64,000 nt of DNA, taken from Heterodontus francisci. Its lineage: Eukaryota. The stretch is from the NCBI RefSeq assembly GCF_036365525.1, contig NC_090384.1:55735895-55799894 (forward strand), given 5' to 3'. The notes under the pieces were generated by a model. That model saw only the letters and a list, made by a program, of their open reading frames with translations, did no database searches and was not told where the DNA came from. Numbering within the stretch: the first letter of the stretch is position 1; the number at the start of each line of letters is the position of its first letter. A program made the position numbers and the translations under genes. This document shows, in pieces, positions 48,792 through 61,090 of this stretch.

Positions 48792-51700
48792 TGTCAAGAA
48801 AACCCTATATGCCAAATGAGAAATATTAATTTTTTGATTGGAAACTTACATTAGACTTTTAGTTGAGAAATTTCTTGCTGTTAATTTTTGAAAAAAACTG
48901 GCAACCAAGATGGCCACCACAATTTGCATCTGAAACACCATAACATATTCAAAAGATCCACCCAGAACCAGAGGGTGGAGCAGCATGGACCAAGGACAAT
49001 GGCTTGCTCTAAGTGATTGAATTACCGAAAATGGCTTCATTAGCATAACAGTCAAGGCAATCCTAACATATTGACTTTGAAAGAACAAACTCCCCTCCAA
49101 GTGTAAATTGACATCCTGGCGCATGTGGAGCCAATTCCTGACCTTGAATTTCATTAGAAGCTTCCAGAAAACCTGTGACCGTCTGTCCATCTCAGGGGAA
49201 GCTGATTTTGTTGCCTTTGGACAAAGAGACAAGGAGTAACTGAGACTGCAGCAGCAGAGAAGGCTGTGGGCTTCCTTTTCTTTCTCTCTCTCTCTCCTCA
49301 GAAAACATCAAGTTTGAAAATCATCTGCGACTGTGGACCCTCCAAGCCGACAGACTGCTATAGCCAGCAGCCAGGGAAAGAGAGCCAACTACAGTTCTGC
49401 CTTCAAGAAAACCCTGAGCAAAGCAGGCCAACCACAAAGTGCACTTTGACCAGTGAGGACTTCAAGAATACAGTTTCAGCTGCGGATTATCGGATCATCC
49501 ACTTCACAGACTGTGTACTTAAGTTCCATTTATTCTGGTCTTTAATCCAACCACCAAATGCATTTTTCCCTCTGTAATCTATTTGTGTGTGTGTGATTCT
49601 CATGTGAATGTGTGCATGAATGTGTAGCATATTTTTACATATTTTTAAATCGGGGTTAGAGTATTAAGTATAATAAACCTACCTCTTTCTTGTCTAAACT
49701 CAAGAAAACCTGTCCAACTGGTTCTTTCACAATCACAGTAAAGGTAAAAGGTAAAACACACATGGAGGTGGTAAGCACAAACGCTGATTAAGAAGGAATA
49801 AACCCTGTTGTGGTCAAATAAGAGGAAGGGCAAGAGGGGTGACTGTGACCCCCCTCCTCACTTAGTCGGAGCAGAAATTTGGGGGCTAACGTCTGGGATC
49901 GTAACCCAACGACAAACGGGAACTTGAAAGTGGGAAATCAAATTGATCCCTATCAAATTTGGAAAAAAACTTCAATACAGATGTTCTTGTGTTTCACTGT
50001 GAGAATACTGGCATTTCCACATTCGAGGCCAGTACTGTCCTAAGCCAGGGTGAAGTAACTTGGGATAGGAGAAAGGCCCTATCTATTGAAGAGTTAAGGA
50101 ATATAGCTGGGCATTTAGGGATTATGTTACACACAAAAGCTAAGAAATCTGAAATCCTAAGACTTGTAGCCAACCATTTTTCACTTGAACCTAAAGACTC
50201 ACGACCATGTGGGCAGGAAGTGTATCCATCTGCAGCTACTGGCTACCCACATTACGGAGCTGGAACTGCGGGTGGATTCGCTGTGGAGCATCTGCGATGC
50301 TGCGATTGTCGTGGACAGCATGTTTAGCGAGGTGGTCACACCGCAGGCAAATGTTACAAAGGCAGGAAGGGAATGGGTGACCACCAGACAGATAAGAGGA
50401 AGACAGGTAGTGCAGGAATCCCCTGTGGCCATCCCCCTCTCTAACAGATATACCGCTTTGGATATTGTTGGGGGAGATGGCTCAGGGGAAAGCAGCAAGA
50501 GACAAGTTCATGGCACCATGGGTGGCTCTGCTGTGCAGGAGGGGAGGTAAAGGAGTGGCAGGCTATAGTGATAGGGGATTCAATCGTAAGGGGAACAGAC
50601 AGGCATTTCTGCGGCCGGAAATGGGCACACGTTAGTACCAACGACATAGATAGAAAGAGGGAGGAGGTCCTGCAACAAGAATTTAGGGAGCGAGGGAGCA
50701 GATTAAAAAGCAGGACCTCAAACGTTGTAATCTCTGGATTACTCCCAGTGCCACATGCTAATGAGTATAGGAATAGGAGGATAGAGCAGATGAGTGCATG
50801 GCTGAAGACATGGTGCAGGAGGGAGGGCTTTAATTTCCTGGATCACTGGGTCTGTTTCTGGCGAAGGTGGGACCTGTTCAAGTTGGACGGGTTGCACCCG
50901 AACTGGAACAGGACCAGCATCCTTGCTGGGAGGTTTGCTAGTGCTGTTGGGGTGGCAGGGGTGGGGGGGATGTTTAAATTAATTTGGCAGGGGGATGGGC
51001 TACAGAGTGGAGATATAGTACGGGGTGATGCACAGTAAAATATAGCAGAGAAACTGAGTCAGTCTGGAAGGCAGAGCAAATATAGACCTGGTAAGGCACT
51101 AGTGAATAATGCAAGGCTGGATTGCATCTATTTTAACGCAAGCAGTCTTACAAGTAAGGCAGATGAATTGAGGGCGTTGATTAACACATGGGAATATGAT
51201 ATTATTCCTATCACAAAGACATGGTTGAGGGCAGGACTGGCAGCTCAATATTCCAGGATATAGAATCTTCAGGCGTAACAGGGGATGGTGGGGGGGGGGG
51301 GGAGGTAAAAGAGGAGGTGGCATTGCATTATTGATCAAGGAGTCAATTACTGCAGTAAGGAGGGATGATATCTAAGAAGGTTCCTCAAATGAGGCCATAT
51401 GGGTAGAACTTAAAAGTAAAAAGGGGGCAATCACTTGGCTGGGAGTGTACTACAGGCCTCCAAACAGTCAGGGAGAGATAGAGGGGCAGATACGTAGGCA
51501 AATCTCAGACAGCTGTAAGAATAATAGGGTAATAATAGTAGGGGATTTCATCTTCCCCAATATCAACTAGGATAGTCTAAGTGCAAAAGGCTTAAAGGGG
51601 GTGGAATTCTTAAAGTGCCTACAGGAGAGCTTTTTGAGCCAGCACGTAGAAAGTCCTACAAGAGAAGGGGCAGTACTGGACCTAATCCTGGGGAATGAAG

Positions 51701-54700
51701 CCAGACAAGTGGTAGAAGTGTCAGTGGGGGAGCATTTCGGGGATAGTGACCATAAGTCTGTAAGATTTAAGGTAGTTATGAAAAAGGACAAAGAGGGACC
51801 GGAAATAAAAGTACTGAATTGGGGGAAGGCCAATTTCAATATGATATAACAGGATCTGGCTAAAGTGGACTGGAGCACCTGCTTGTAGGAAAGTCTACAT
51901 ACATCAGGCTAGTGGGAGTCATTCAAAAAGGAAATAGTGTGAGTTCAGGGCCAACATGTTCCCGTAAAGGTGAAGGACAGGACCAACAAGTCCAGGGAAC
52001 AGTGGATGTCAAGTTACATAGAGGATTGGATAAGGGAAAAAAAGGAGGCTGATGGCAGATTCAAAGCACTGAAAACAGTGGAGGCCCTAGAGGAGTTTAG
52101 AAAATATAGGGGGGGTACTTAAAAAAGTAATTAGGAGAGCGAAGCGGGGACATGAAAAAACACTGGCGAGCAAGATAAAGGAAAATCCCAAGGCGTTTTC
52201 TAAGTATATTAAGGGCAAGAGGATAACCAGGGAAAGAGTAGGGCCCATTAGGGACCAGAGTGGCAATCTGTGTGTGGAGCGGGAGGTTTTAATAGGTGAG
52301 GTTTTAAATGATTACTTTTCATCAGTGTTCATTATGGAGAAGGACAATGTAGGTGTAGAGATCAGGGAGGGGGATTGTAATATACTTGAACAAATTAGCA
52401 TTGAAAGGGAGGAATTATTAGCTGTTTTAGCGGGCTTAAAAGTGGATGTATACCAGGCTGTTATGTGAGGCAAGGGAAGAGATAGCAGGGGCTCTGACAC
52501 AAATTTTCAAATCTTCTCTGGCCACAGGAGAGGTACCAGAGGACTGGAGGACAGCAAATGTGGTGCCATTATTAAGAAGGGTAGCAGGGATAAACCAGGT
52601 AATTACAAGCCAGTGAGTCTAACATCAGTGGTAGAGAAACTACTGGAAAAAATTCTGAAGGACAGGATTTATCTCCACTTGGAGAGGCAGGGGTTAATCA
52701 GGAATAGTCAGCATGGCTGTATCAGGGGGAGATCATGTCTAACAAACTTGATTGAATTTTTCGAGGCGATGACTGGATGTGTAGGTGAGGTTAAGGCAGT
52801 TGATGTAGTCTACATGGACTTTAGTAAGGCTTTTGATAAGGTCCCGCATGGGAGATTGCTTAAGAAGGTAAGAGCCCATGGGATCCAGGCCAATTTGGCA
52901 AATTGGATCCAAAATTGGCTTAGTGGCAGGAGGCAGAGGGTAATGGTAGAGGATTGTTTTTGTGAGTGGAAGCCTGTGACCAGTGCTGTACTGCAGGGAT
53001 CGGTGCTTGGACCCTTGCTCTTTGTAGTGTACATTAATGATTTAGACGTGAATATAGGAGGTATGATCAGTAAATTCGCAGATGACACAAAAATTAGTGG
53101 TGTCATAAATAGTGAGGAGGAATATAGATGGGCTGGTAAGATGGGCGGAGCTGTGGCAAATGGAATTTAATCCTGAGAAGTGTGAGGTGATGCATTTTGG
53201 GAGAACTAACAAGGCAAGGGAATATACAATGGATGGCAGGACCCTAGGAAGTACAGAGGGACCTTGGTGTACTTGTCCATAGATCACTGAAGGCAGCAGC
53301 AAAGGTAGATAAAGTGATTAGGAAAGCATATGGGATACTTGCCTATATTAGCCGAGGCATAGAATGTAAGAGCAAGGAGGTTATGATGGAGCTGTATAAA
53401 ACACTAGTTAGGCCACAGCTGGAGTACTGTGTACAGTTCTGGTCACTACACTATAGGAAGGATGTGATTGCACTGGAGAGGGTGCAGAAGAGATTCACCA
53501 GGATGTTGCCTGGGCTGGAGCATTTCAGCTATGAAGAGAGACTGGATAGGCTAGGGTTTTTTCCCGTAGAGCAGAGAAGGCTGAGGGGAGACCTGATTGA
53601 GGTATACAAAATTATGAGGGGCATTGATAGGATAGATAGGAGGAAACTTCTTAGCTTAGCGGGGGGATCAATAACCAGGGGTATAGATTTAAGGTAAGGG
53701 GCAGGAGGTTTAGAGGGGATTTGAGGAAAAAAATTTTCACCCAGAGGGTGGTTGGAATCTGGAACACACTACCTGATAGGGTGGTAGAGGCAGGAACCCT
53801 CACTACATTTAAGAAGTATTAAGGTGTGCATTTGAAATGCCATAGCATACAAGGTTACGGGCCAAGTGCTGGAAAATGGCATGAGAATAGATAGGTGCTT
53901 GATGGCCGGCACAGATACAATGGGCTGAAGGGCCTGTTTCTGTGCTGTATAACCCTATGACTTCGAGACAGGGTTAGAGTCAGAAACAGACAGGGTAATG
54001 TTAGCTAAAATACAATTAAAACAGCAGAGACTAGAATTAGAATTCCAGAGAGAGAAAGAGCAGAGTGTCAAGAAAGGGAAAAAGGAAAAAAGAGAGCTTT
54101 CCAGAAGTAGAAGGAGGAAAGTAAGCTAAGGCAGCTTGACTTTACTAGGGTGTGACCCAGTACACCCAGTGAAGGCATGGCTGGTGAGGAAACTACCCCC
54201 AGCTCAGGACAGTGTGCTGACCTCTTAAAGTTCTCCCAGTTGAGAGGGGGATGCGGAAGGATTTTTTGTCACTTTTGAAAAGCTTGCAAGACAGCTGAGA
54301 TGGCGGCTGAGAGTTGGACCTTGTTGCTACAAAGCAAGTTCACAGGAAAAGCCCATGAGGTTTATTCACTGTTGCCAGATGAAAGTTCATCAGATTATGA
54401 GATCACTAAAAATACTATCCTTGGGGCATATGAGCTCCTACTGGAAGCATACCGCCAGATATTCCTAACCCTCCGGAAGCAGCCTGACCAAACTTACCTC
54501 GAGTTTGAAAGAGTTAAGCAGCTTGCCTTTGACCAGTGGATTAGGGCACTTAAGGTACAGCCCACACATGAAAACCTCAGAGTGGTGATCCTTCTCGAGG
54601 ATTTTTAAAACTCACTTTCCCTTTCTATTAAAACCCACGTAAAGGAACAAAAGGTTGAAAGAGCCAGGCAAGCTGCAGTTCTAGATGATGAATTTACCCT

Positions 54701-55965
54701 CATACACATGTCCTTATCACAAGGGAAACTCTTCCCTAGTCACCCCCACAAACCCAAAAAAGATAAAAGGTGGGACGGTGATAGGATCCCTAACAACCTT
54801 GGGTGAGGACAGAAAACTGGACACACAGGGGGCCCTCCTCAAGCGAAAAAAGATGGTGCTGAGAGCAGGAGTGAGACCAAAGACCTGTGTGTTTCCACTG
54901 TAACAAGACAGGTCACCTCCAAGCTGACTGCTGGAAATTACTGTCGAAATCTATAGGATTAATCAGGGCACACCAGACCAATGCAGGAGAAGGGGGCCTG
55001 ATGGAAATCACAGCAGAACAGGCTGTGGCTTTAACTGCAGCAGTAAGTCCCAGTAAACATACTGCTGCCGGTGCTGAAAATTTAACAAAATCCCTGAAGG
55101 TTATCAGGATTTTGTATCCCAAGGAAAAGTGACCCCATTCCCCCACGAGTGGGGCAACTAAGCTCATAGTCATACCCAATCCCTTCTGCTGGGAAAGGCA
55201 TGACCTTTTCCCCAGAGAGTACAGTGAATGCTAGAATGTTAGTGAATGGTATCGGGGGTGGTGTATGCCCATACCTTTACATTGGGTGCACCTGGAGTGT
55301 GACCGTAGGGATTGCCCCTAGTTTACCAGAGGATGGGATCGATCTGCTCCTGTGTAATGATCTGGTGGGGGCAAAGGTGGAAGCTTCCTCAGTGGTTTTA
55401 GAGAGACTGAAAGAGGTCAAGGAGACCAAGCATTTGCAGGAGAAGTAACCCAGCATTTACCCTGACTGTGTGGTGACTCAGTCCGTGACCAAATAAGCTC
55501 CCTCGGAAGAGGCTGAACCGGCACTGTAGACAGTTGACCCTACTGTCTGGTTATTAGAAACCTTCTTTGGGAAGTTAGAGGACCCAAAGGATGGGCTAGA
55601 CAGATCTTCCATAGTTGAGGCTCAGCAAACCGACCCAATATTAAAGAAGTTAGCACAGACTGCCCAAACCGAAACTGATGCAGAGGGAGTCCCTGAGTGC
55701 TACTATTGAAAGAAGGAGGTGCTGATAAGGAAGTGGAGACCTCCTCACAGACCTGCCAATGAAGAGTGGACAATGGTTCACCAGATAGTGGTGCCGCTGA
55801 GGTACCGTAAAGAAATATGAAGAATGGACCCACAAGCTTCCAATGGCTGGACATGTCGGTGTACAAAAAACCAAAGCCCACATAAGACAGCTTTTTGACT
55901 GGCCAAAATTCCACAAAGATATGGTGGAGTTCTGTAAAACTTGCCATACATGCCAGGTTGTGTGG
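48792..55965 (+). mobile_element. Gmr1-like Gypsy LTR retrotransposon, decayed and 3'-truncated
   Basis: LTR about 48792-49873, tRNA-Asp-like PBS TGGGGGCTaacGTCTGGGAT, SCAN-like capsid (WTLLLQSKFTGKA...YRQIF...LLEDF) and CFHCNKTGHLQADC knuckle. The integrase HHCC (GHVGVQKT...CKTCHTCQ) follows the protease region with no RT between, i.e. PR-IN order. Confidence 0.85.
50200..53962 (+). mobile_element. Near-full-length CR1 LINE inserted in the Gmr1 gag
   Basis: ORF1 zinc finger and esterase (IGDSIVRG, DGLHPN), APE, RT (KFADDTK) and 3' tail. The host gag resumes after a shared GACT. Confidence 0.92.
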
Positions 55966-56463
55966 GAGCCGCAACCGGCATTTCAGCAGTGCCAGCAGCA
56001 CCATCAAAGATGGAGGAGGGGCCGGAACCAGGAAAAGTGAGGTCTGGGTCACCGGGGTCAGTCCGGCAGGCCCGGATGAGGGGGTGGGGGTTGGTTGGTG
56101 ATGGTAGAAGGGGCGTCTTGCCGTGGGGGCCCTCCGTGGGCCACTGATTACCTTCGGAGAAGGGACCCCCCCACCCCCACACACCTGCAAGCCCACTAGG
56201 AAACTGTCAAGTCTCACCTCGCAGTGTCTCCACACCACAAGGGGTCCCTACAAAGTTGACTAAATGCCAGTGGCGGCAGCAGGCAGCCCCTAAAGTGACC
56301 CTTAATTGGCCTCCTCGTAGACTTCCCGTCCACCACAGTGCCGGTCTCAGATAAAATGCCGCTGGATGCCACCCCACGCCATTTGTGTGCGCATACCACC
56401 TCCCCCGCTCCCCCCCCCCCACCACTCCCAGCCCATCTCCAAAGGCCGGATAAAATCCAGCCC
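55966..56463. mobile_element. Truncated Harbinger-type MITE
   Basis: Right TIR ATAAAATCCAGCCC, with the shared ccttaattggcc body motif. Confidence 0.7.
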
Positions 56464-57119
56464 TCAGTCTTCAATTTCCTAGCCAAGAGATGTGGCTGTG
56501 AAAACGGGTCTTAGCAAATACATGTCCAACATCAAGAAGGAAAATAATAAAAACAATGGTAAGTGAACAGGGTGAAAGAGACAAACAGAAATCATGTTGG
56601 AGAGAGACAGAATTTCAAGGTGACCATTCCTGTAAGAAAATCACATTGATAATTAAAATAAACATTACACTGTTTCTGATTTCAAACACTTATTCCCAGA
56701 AAAGAGTCTGGGAATATGATAGCCACCTATGCGTACACTGGTTCACCACTTCACCAATGTGTAGCATCAAGAACAAACATATCGCCTGCATCCAAGTCAG
56801 CTGAATCCTTTTATCTGTTTGTTTTCAAATCCAAAAAGCTGCTTTTTAGTACTATAATCCTCCACATTTTATTTTCTTTCAAGCAATTCCGAAAAGTATC
56901 CAAAATATGTTTCTAGTCCAGTACAAAATATATAAGTACCTCTTCAATGCTTAACCTTGTGGCAAAAGTCTCAATTTTCTTTTATCACATGAAAGGGTGA
57001 GGTTTGACTCAGATTCAAAAACAATCACAGAACCTGGAAAAGCACTTTTAAGGATATCACAAGTGTTTGGCTGTTCAACAGTGTAACTTCTAGAATGCAG
57101 TTCTAAAAAAGTTTGAGAT

Positions 57120-57938
57120 TTTTTTTTTTTTCTTTTCTTCTTTTTTTTTCCCAAAATATACTTTATTCATAAAAATCTGTAAAAATTACATTGCCAAACA
57201 GTTTCCAAACAGCACGAAAAAATACAAACATTGCAAAAGAGATCAGTTTCTTTCAATAATGTCGAGTTTCTTCCCAACCCTTCCGTTTCACAATTGTCAT
57301 GTCAATTACAGTTTTACATTTACAGCAATTGAGAATATTAACGATACAGTTCGAGGGGCTTCCCATGGTTCCAGCCCCTCAGTCCAGCTTGGTGGGGGAA
57401 CCTTACACTGTGGTCTTTCCCCATTGAGCCTTTGCTGCGGCTGCCCCAAGCTTTAGTGCGTCCCTCAGCACGTAGTCCTGGACCTTGGAATGTGCCAGTC
57501 TGCAACATTCGGTGGTGGACAACTCTTTGCGCTGGAAGACCAGCAAGTTTCGGGCAGACCAAAGGGCGTCTTTCACCGAATTGATAGTCCTCCAGCAGCA
57601 GTTGATGTTTGTCTCGGTGTGCGTCCCTGGGAACAGCCCGAAGAGCACAGACTCCTGTGTTACAGAGCTGCTTGGGATGAACCTTGACAAAAACCACTGC
57701 ATCTCTTTCCACACCTGCTTTGCAAAGGCACATTCCAGGAGGAGGTGGGCGACCGTCTCTTCCCCGCCACAGCCAACGCGGGGGCACTGTGCGGAGGGGG
57801 CGAGACTTCGGGTGTGCATGAAGGATCTGACGGGGAGGGCCCTTCTCACCACCAGCCAAGCTACGTCTTGGTGCTTGTTTGAAAGTTCTGGTGATGAGGC
57901 ATTCCGCCAAATGACTTTGACGGTCTGCTCGGGGAACC
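57120..57938 (-). mobile_element. Young L1/Tx1-clade LINE 3' fragment
   Basis: zf-RVT CPRVGCGGEETVAHLLLEC, poly(A), and TSD AAGTTTGAGAT (57109-57119, 57939-57949). Confidence 0.9.
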
Positions 57939-58039
57939 AAGTTTGAGATAACATCAGTGCAACCAACATTTTTTCGTCGAGGGTCATAACCCAGCCAATG
58001 TCAGACTCTGAAATACTACAACTTGCTGCACCACAGTAA

Positions 58040-59000
58040 TGGGATGTCAGTCTGTGTTTGCGAGTTCCCAGCCAGACAGCTCCTGATTTTACTTGTGTGA
58101 CGGAAAGCACACCTGCCAAAAATGGGACATATTAATTTTGTCATATGGAACATTATTTTTGGACTGTTACTAGATTTGAAATAACTTTTTTAAAAAGACC
58201 ACAACAGTGGCTGAAAACATGGATTCACATTTGCATTCGAAAAGACAGTTGCATGAGGAAGACAATGCGAGTGCCTCCCTGATTCAATTAGCCAGATGGA
58301 TTTTTGTCAATAGTGGTGATCAAGAAACATTGAATGTCTAAGAGCCAGCATTCCACCCCCACTGAGAATGTCTAGTAAGCTAGGGGGGGTGGGGGGAATC
58401 CACAAACCTCGCCAGGGAAATCATTCCAAATAAGGAGCTAGTCACATTAGAGGTGTGCAAAGGAAGCCCAACGCGAGCCCGAGTTCCGGACCCGGAAGTC
58501 CCACCCCACCCGACCCGAACCAGGCACATGTCATTGGGAATGCCGAGGTCGGGTCGGGTGGCAGGCCTTTACATCAGTACATGGGCAAAGGCCTGCTACC
58601 CGACCTGACCCCGACGGGATCCGACGGCATGTGTCGGGTTCGGGTCGGGTCGGGTCGGGCTTCCGGGTTCAGCATTCGGACTTGGGTTGGGTTTCCTTTG
58701 CATACCTCTAAGTCAAATGACTAACTGGCTGGCCAAGGTAGGAGTTTTTGAATTGTGCCACACAGAAAAGAAGTGACTGTAATTGAAAGACAACGGAGAA
58801 GGAAGGTCTCTCCCTGTCTCTCTCTCTCTCTCTCTCTCACACAAAGTTACAGGGACCCACAGAAGAAACTCAAGCCTCAAGCCAGAACACCAGCAAGACA
58901 AGTTTGAAAATGTGCACTGGGCCCCAATGAGAACTGCAAGACTTAACTTCAATCAAAGACTTTACATCAAACCCAAAAGCCAGTAACTGAACTTCAGCTA
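58040..59000 (+). mobile_element. Probable solo LTR fragment
   Basis: The composition and (CT)n block resemble the LTR at 48792-49873. Boundaries are not resolved. Confidence 0.35.
58448..58710. mobile_element. hAT-superfamily MITE
   Basis: ~25-bp TIR TAGAGGTGTGCAAAGGAAGCCCAAC / GTTGGGTTTCCTTTGCATACCTCTA, 8-bp TSD AGTCA(C/A)AT and internal CCCGA/TCGGG pentamers. Confidence 0.88.
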
Positions 59001-59896
59001 TTACAGCTATTGGACTTATTGGTCTATTTTAACAGCCCCTTTTTACTTGTTGTATGGGAGCTACAATAATCTCTTCTTCTAACATCATTTAGGTTCCCTC
59101 TTGCTTTAGAGCAAGAACAAGAGGAAACAAGTATTGAATTGGAAATTCCATGTAGGCTGTAAATGGGCATGTCCCATCGCATGGAGCAGTCGTTTGAACA
59201 AAGGTCACACAGAGAGTTGAAGTGGATTGTAAATGGGCTGTAAATCTCTTGTTATGCATGAACAGACATATATGTGTGTGCTTTCACTCTTCGCAAGAAA
59301 AAGTCACTGGTGGAATACAATCTTTTTAAATATTACTAGTGTTCTCATGAAAACATGTTTATAATCCTTTAGACAGTACTGTGCAGAGATTGAGTAATTT
59401 TTCCCCCTATTTTGACAGTCATAGGCTATTAGATTCACATCTGAGCCCCCCCCAAGCAGTCATCTCATTAGCCTCATTCTTTGTAACAATGTTCTAGTTT
59501 CATTGTTATGCAGCACTGGCCCATGTACATTCATTTCTGGAAATGTTGCGTAATAATTTCTACAAATCCTGTATAAGATACTACCATCACACAGATCAGA
59601 CACAGACTTAGATCGTACCCCCGCCATCCCCAACAGCATGGTTCCTCAATCAATCTGATTGAGGAATCGTTACTGAGACATGGGACTTGGATAATTTTCA
59701 GGTCCTGACCCTGTGTTGCATCTGTATCGCTCATGTGACGCAGTCTTTAAATGTAAATGCTCTGATTGGGCCAGAGGAGAGCTCGGCACCCAATTAGTGT
59801 GCCAAGTGTTACCAGGAGGTGGGAGCTGCCTGCAGAGTATGAGCAACGGCAGATGGCAGAGCCTGCTGCTGCCTTGCAGAAGAGATCAGGCAGCAC

Positions 59897-61090
59897 ATTT
59901 TCCGCTTCGTCTGGGGATCTAAAATGGACCGGGTCCGGAGGGACACGATGTTCAAATCTCTGGACATGGGCGGGAAAAATGTACCCAACGTGGCCCTCAT
60001 CCTGATGACCACCTTCGTGTGCGGCTGCATCAAGCTATGTGTAGATCCCCAGTACGCAAACTCCAAGTGTCACTACGTGCTGAGGTTCTATCTGTCCCCG
60101 GTGTTGCGAAGGATGGGCCTGGTCACATTGCCGCGGAACGCTCCGTGCAGTTGGGACGTGCCGTACCACCTATCCTTCGTGGAGCAGTTTCTGCGGAAAA
60201 ACACCTTTGACCACCGGTCCATCAGGCAGTGGTCTGCACGGAATGTCCTCAAGGCCCTACGGGAAAAGGAAACGGTGGATCCTGTCGGATGGTTCCCCGA
60301 GCAGACCGTCAAAGTCATTTGGCGGAATGCCTCATCACCAGAACTTTCAAACAAGCACCAAGACGTAGCTTGGCTGGTGGTGAGAAGGGCCCTCCCCGTC
60401 AGATCCTTCATGCACACCCGAAGTCTCGCCCCCTCCGCACAGTGCCCCCGCGTTGGCTGTGGTGGGGAAGAGACGGTCGCCCACCTCCTCCTGGAATGTG
60501 CCTTTGCAAAGCAGGTGTGGAAAGAGATGCAGTGGTTTTTGTCAAGGTTCATCCCAAGCAGCTCTGTAACACAGGAGTCTGTGCTCTACGGGCTGTTCCC
60601 AGGGACGCACACCGAGACAAACATCAACTGCTGCTGGAGGACTATCAATTCGGTGAAAGACGCCCTTTGGTCTGCCCGAAACTTGCTGGTCTTCCAGCGC
60701 AAAGAGTTGTCCACCACCGAATGTTGCAGACTGGCACATTCCAAGGTCCAGGACTACGTGCTGAGGGACGCACTAAAGCTTGGGGCAGCCGCAGCAAAGG
60801 CTCAATGGGGAAAGACCACAGTGTAAGGTTCCCCCACCAAGCTGGACTGAGGGGCTGGAACCATGGGAAGCCCCTCGAACTGTATCGTTAATATTCTCAA
60901 TTGCTGTAAATGTAAAACTGTAATTGACATGACAATTGAGAAACGGAAGGGTTGGGAAGAAACTCATGACATTATTGAAAGAAACTGATCTCTTTTGCAA
61001 TGTTTGTATTTTTTCGTGCTGTTTGGAAACTGTTTGGCAATGTAATTTTTACAGATTTTTATGAATAAAGTATATTTTGGAAAAAAAAAA
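59897..61090 (+). mobile_element. Young L1/Tx1-clade LINE 3' fragment
   Basis: An open frame of more than 300 aa ends ...QWGKTTV*, followed by AATAAA and poly(A). TSD ATCAGGCAGCAC (59885-59896, 61091-61102). Confidence 0.92.

Noticed and set aside
57403-58119. 238-aa ORF that looks like a novel zinc-finger protein
   Set aside because: It is a chance in-frame fusion of flanking DNA to the 5'-truncated L1/Tx1 fragment. The junction lies exactly at the TSD.
59924-60826. 300-aa ORF as a host gene
   Set aside because: It is the C-terminal part of a LINE ORF2, bounded by TSDs and poly(A).
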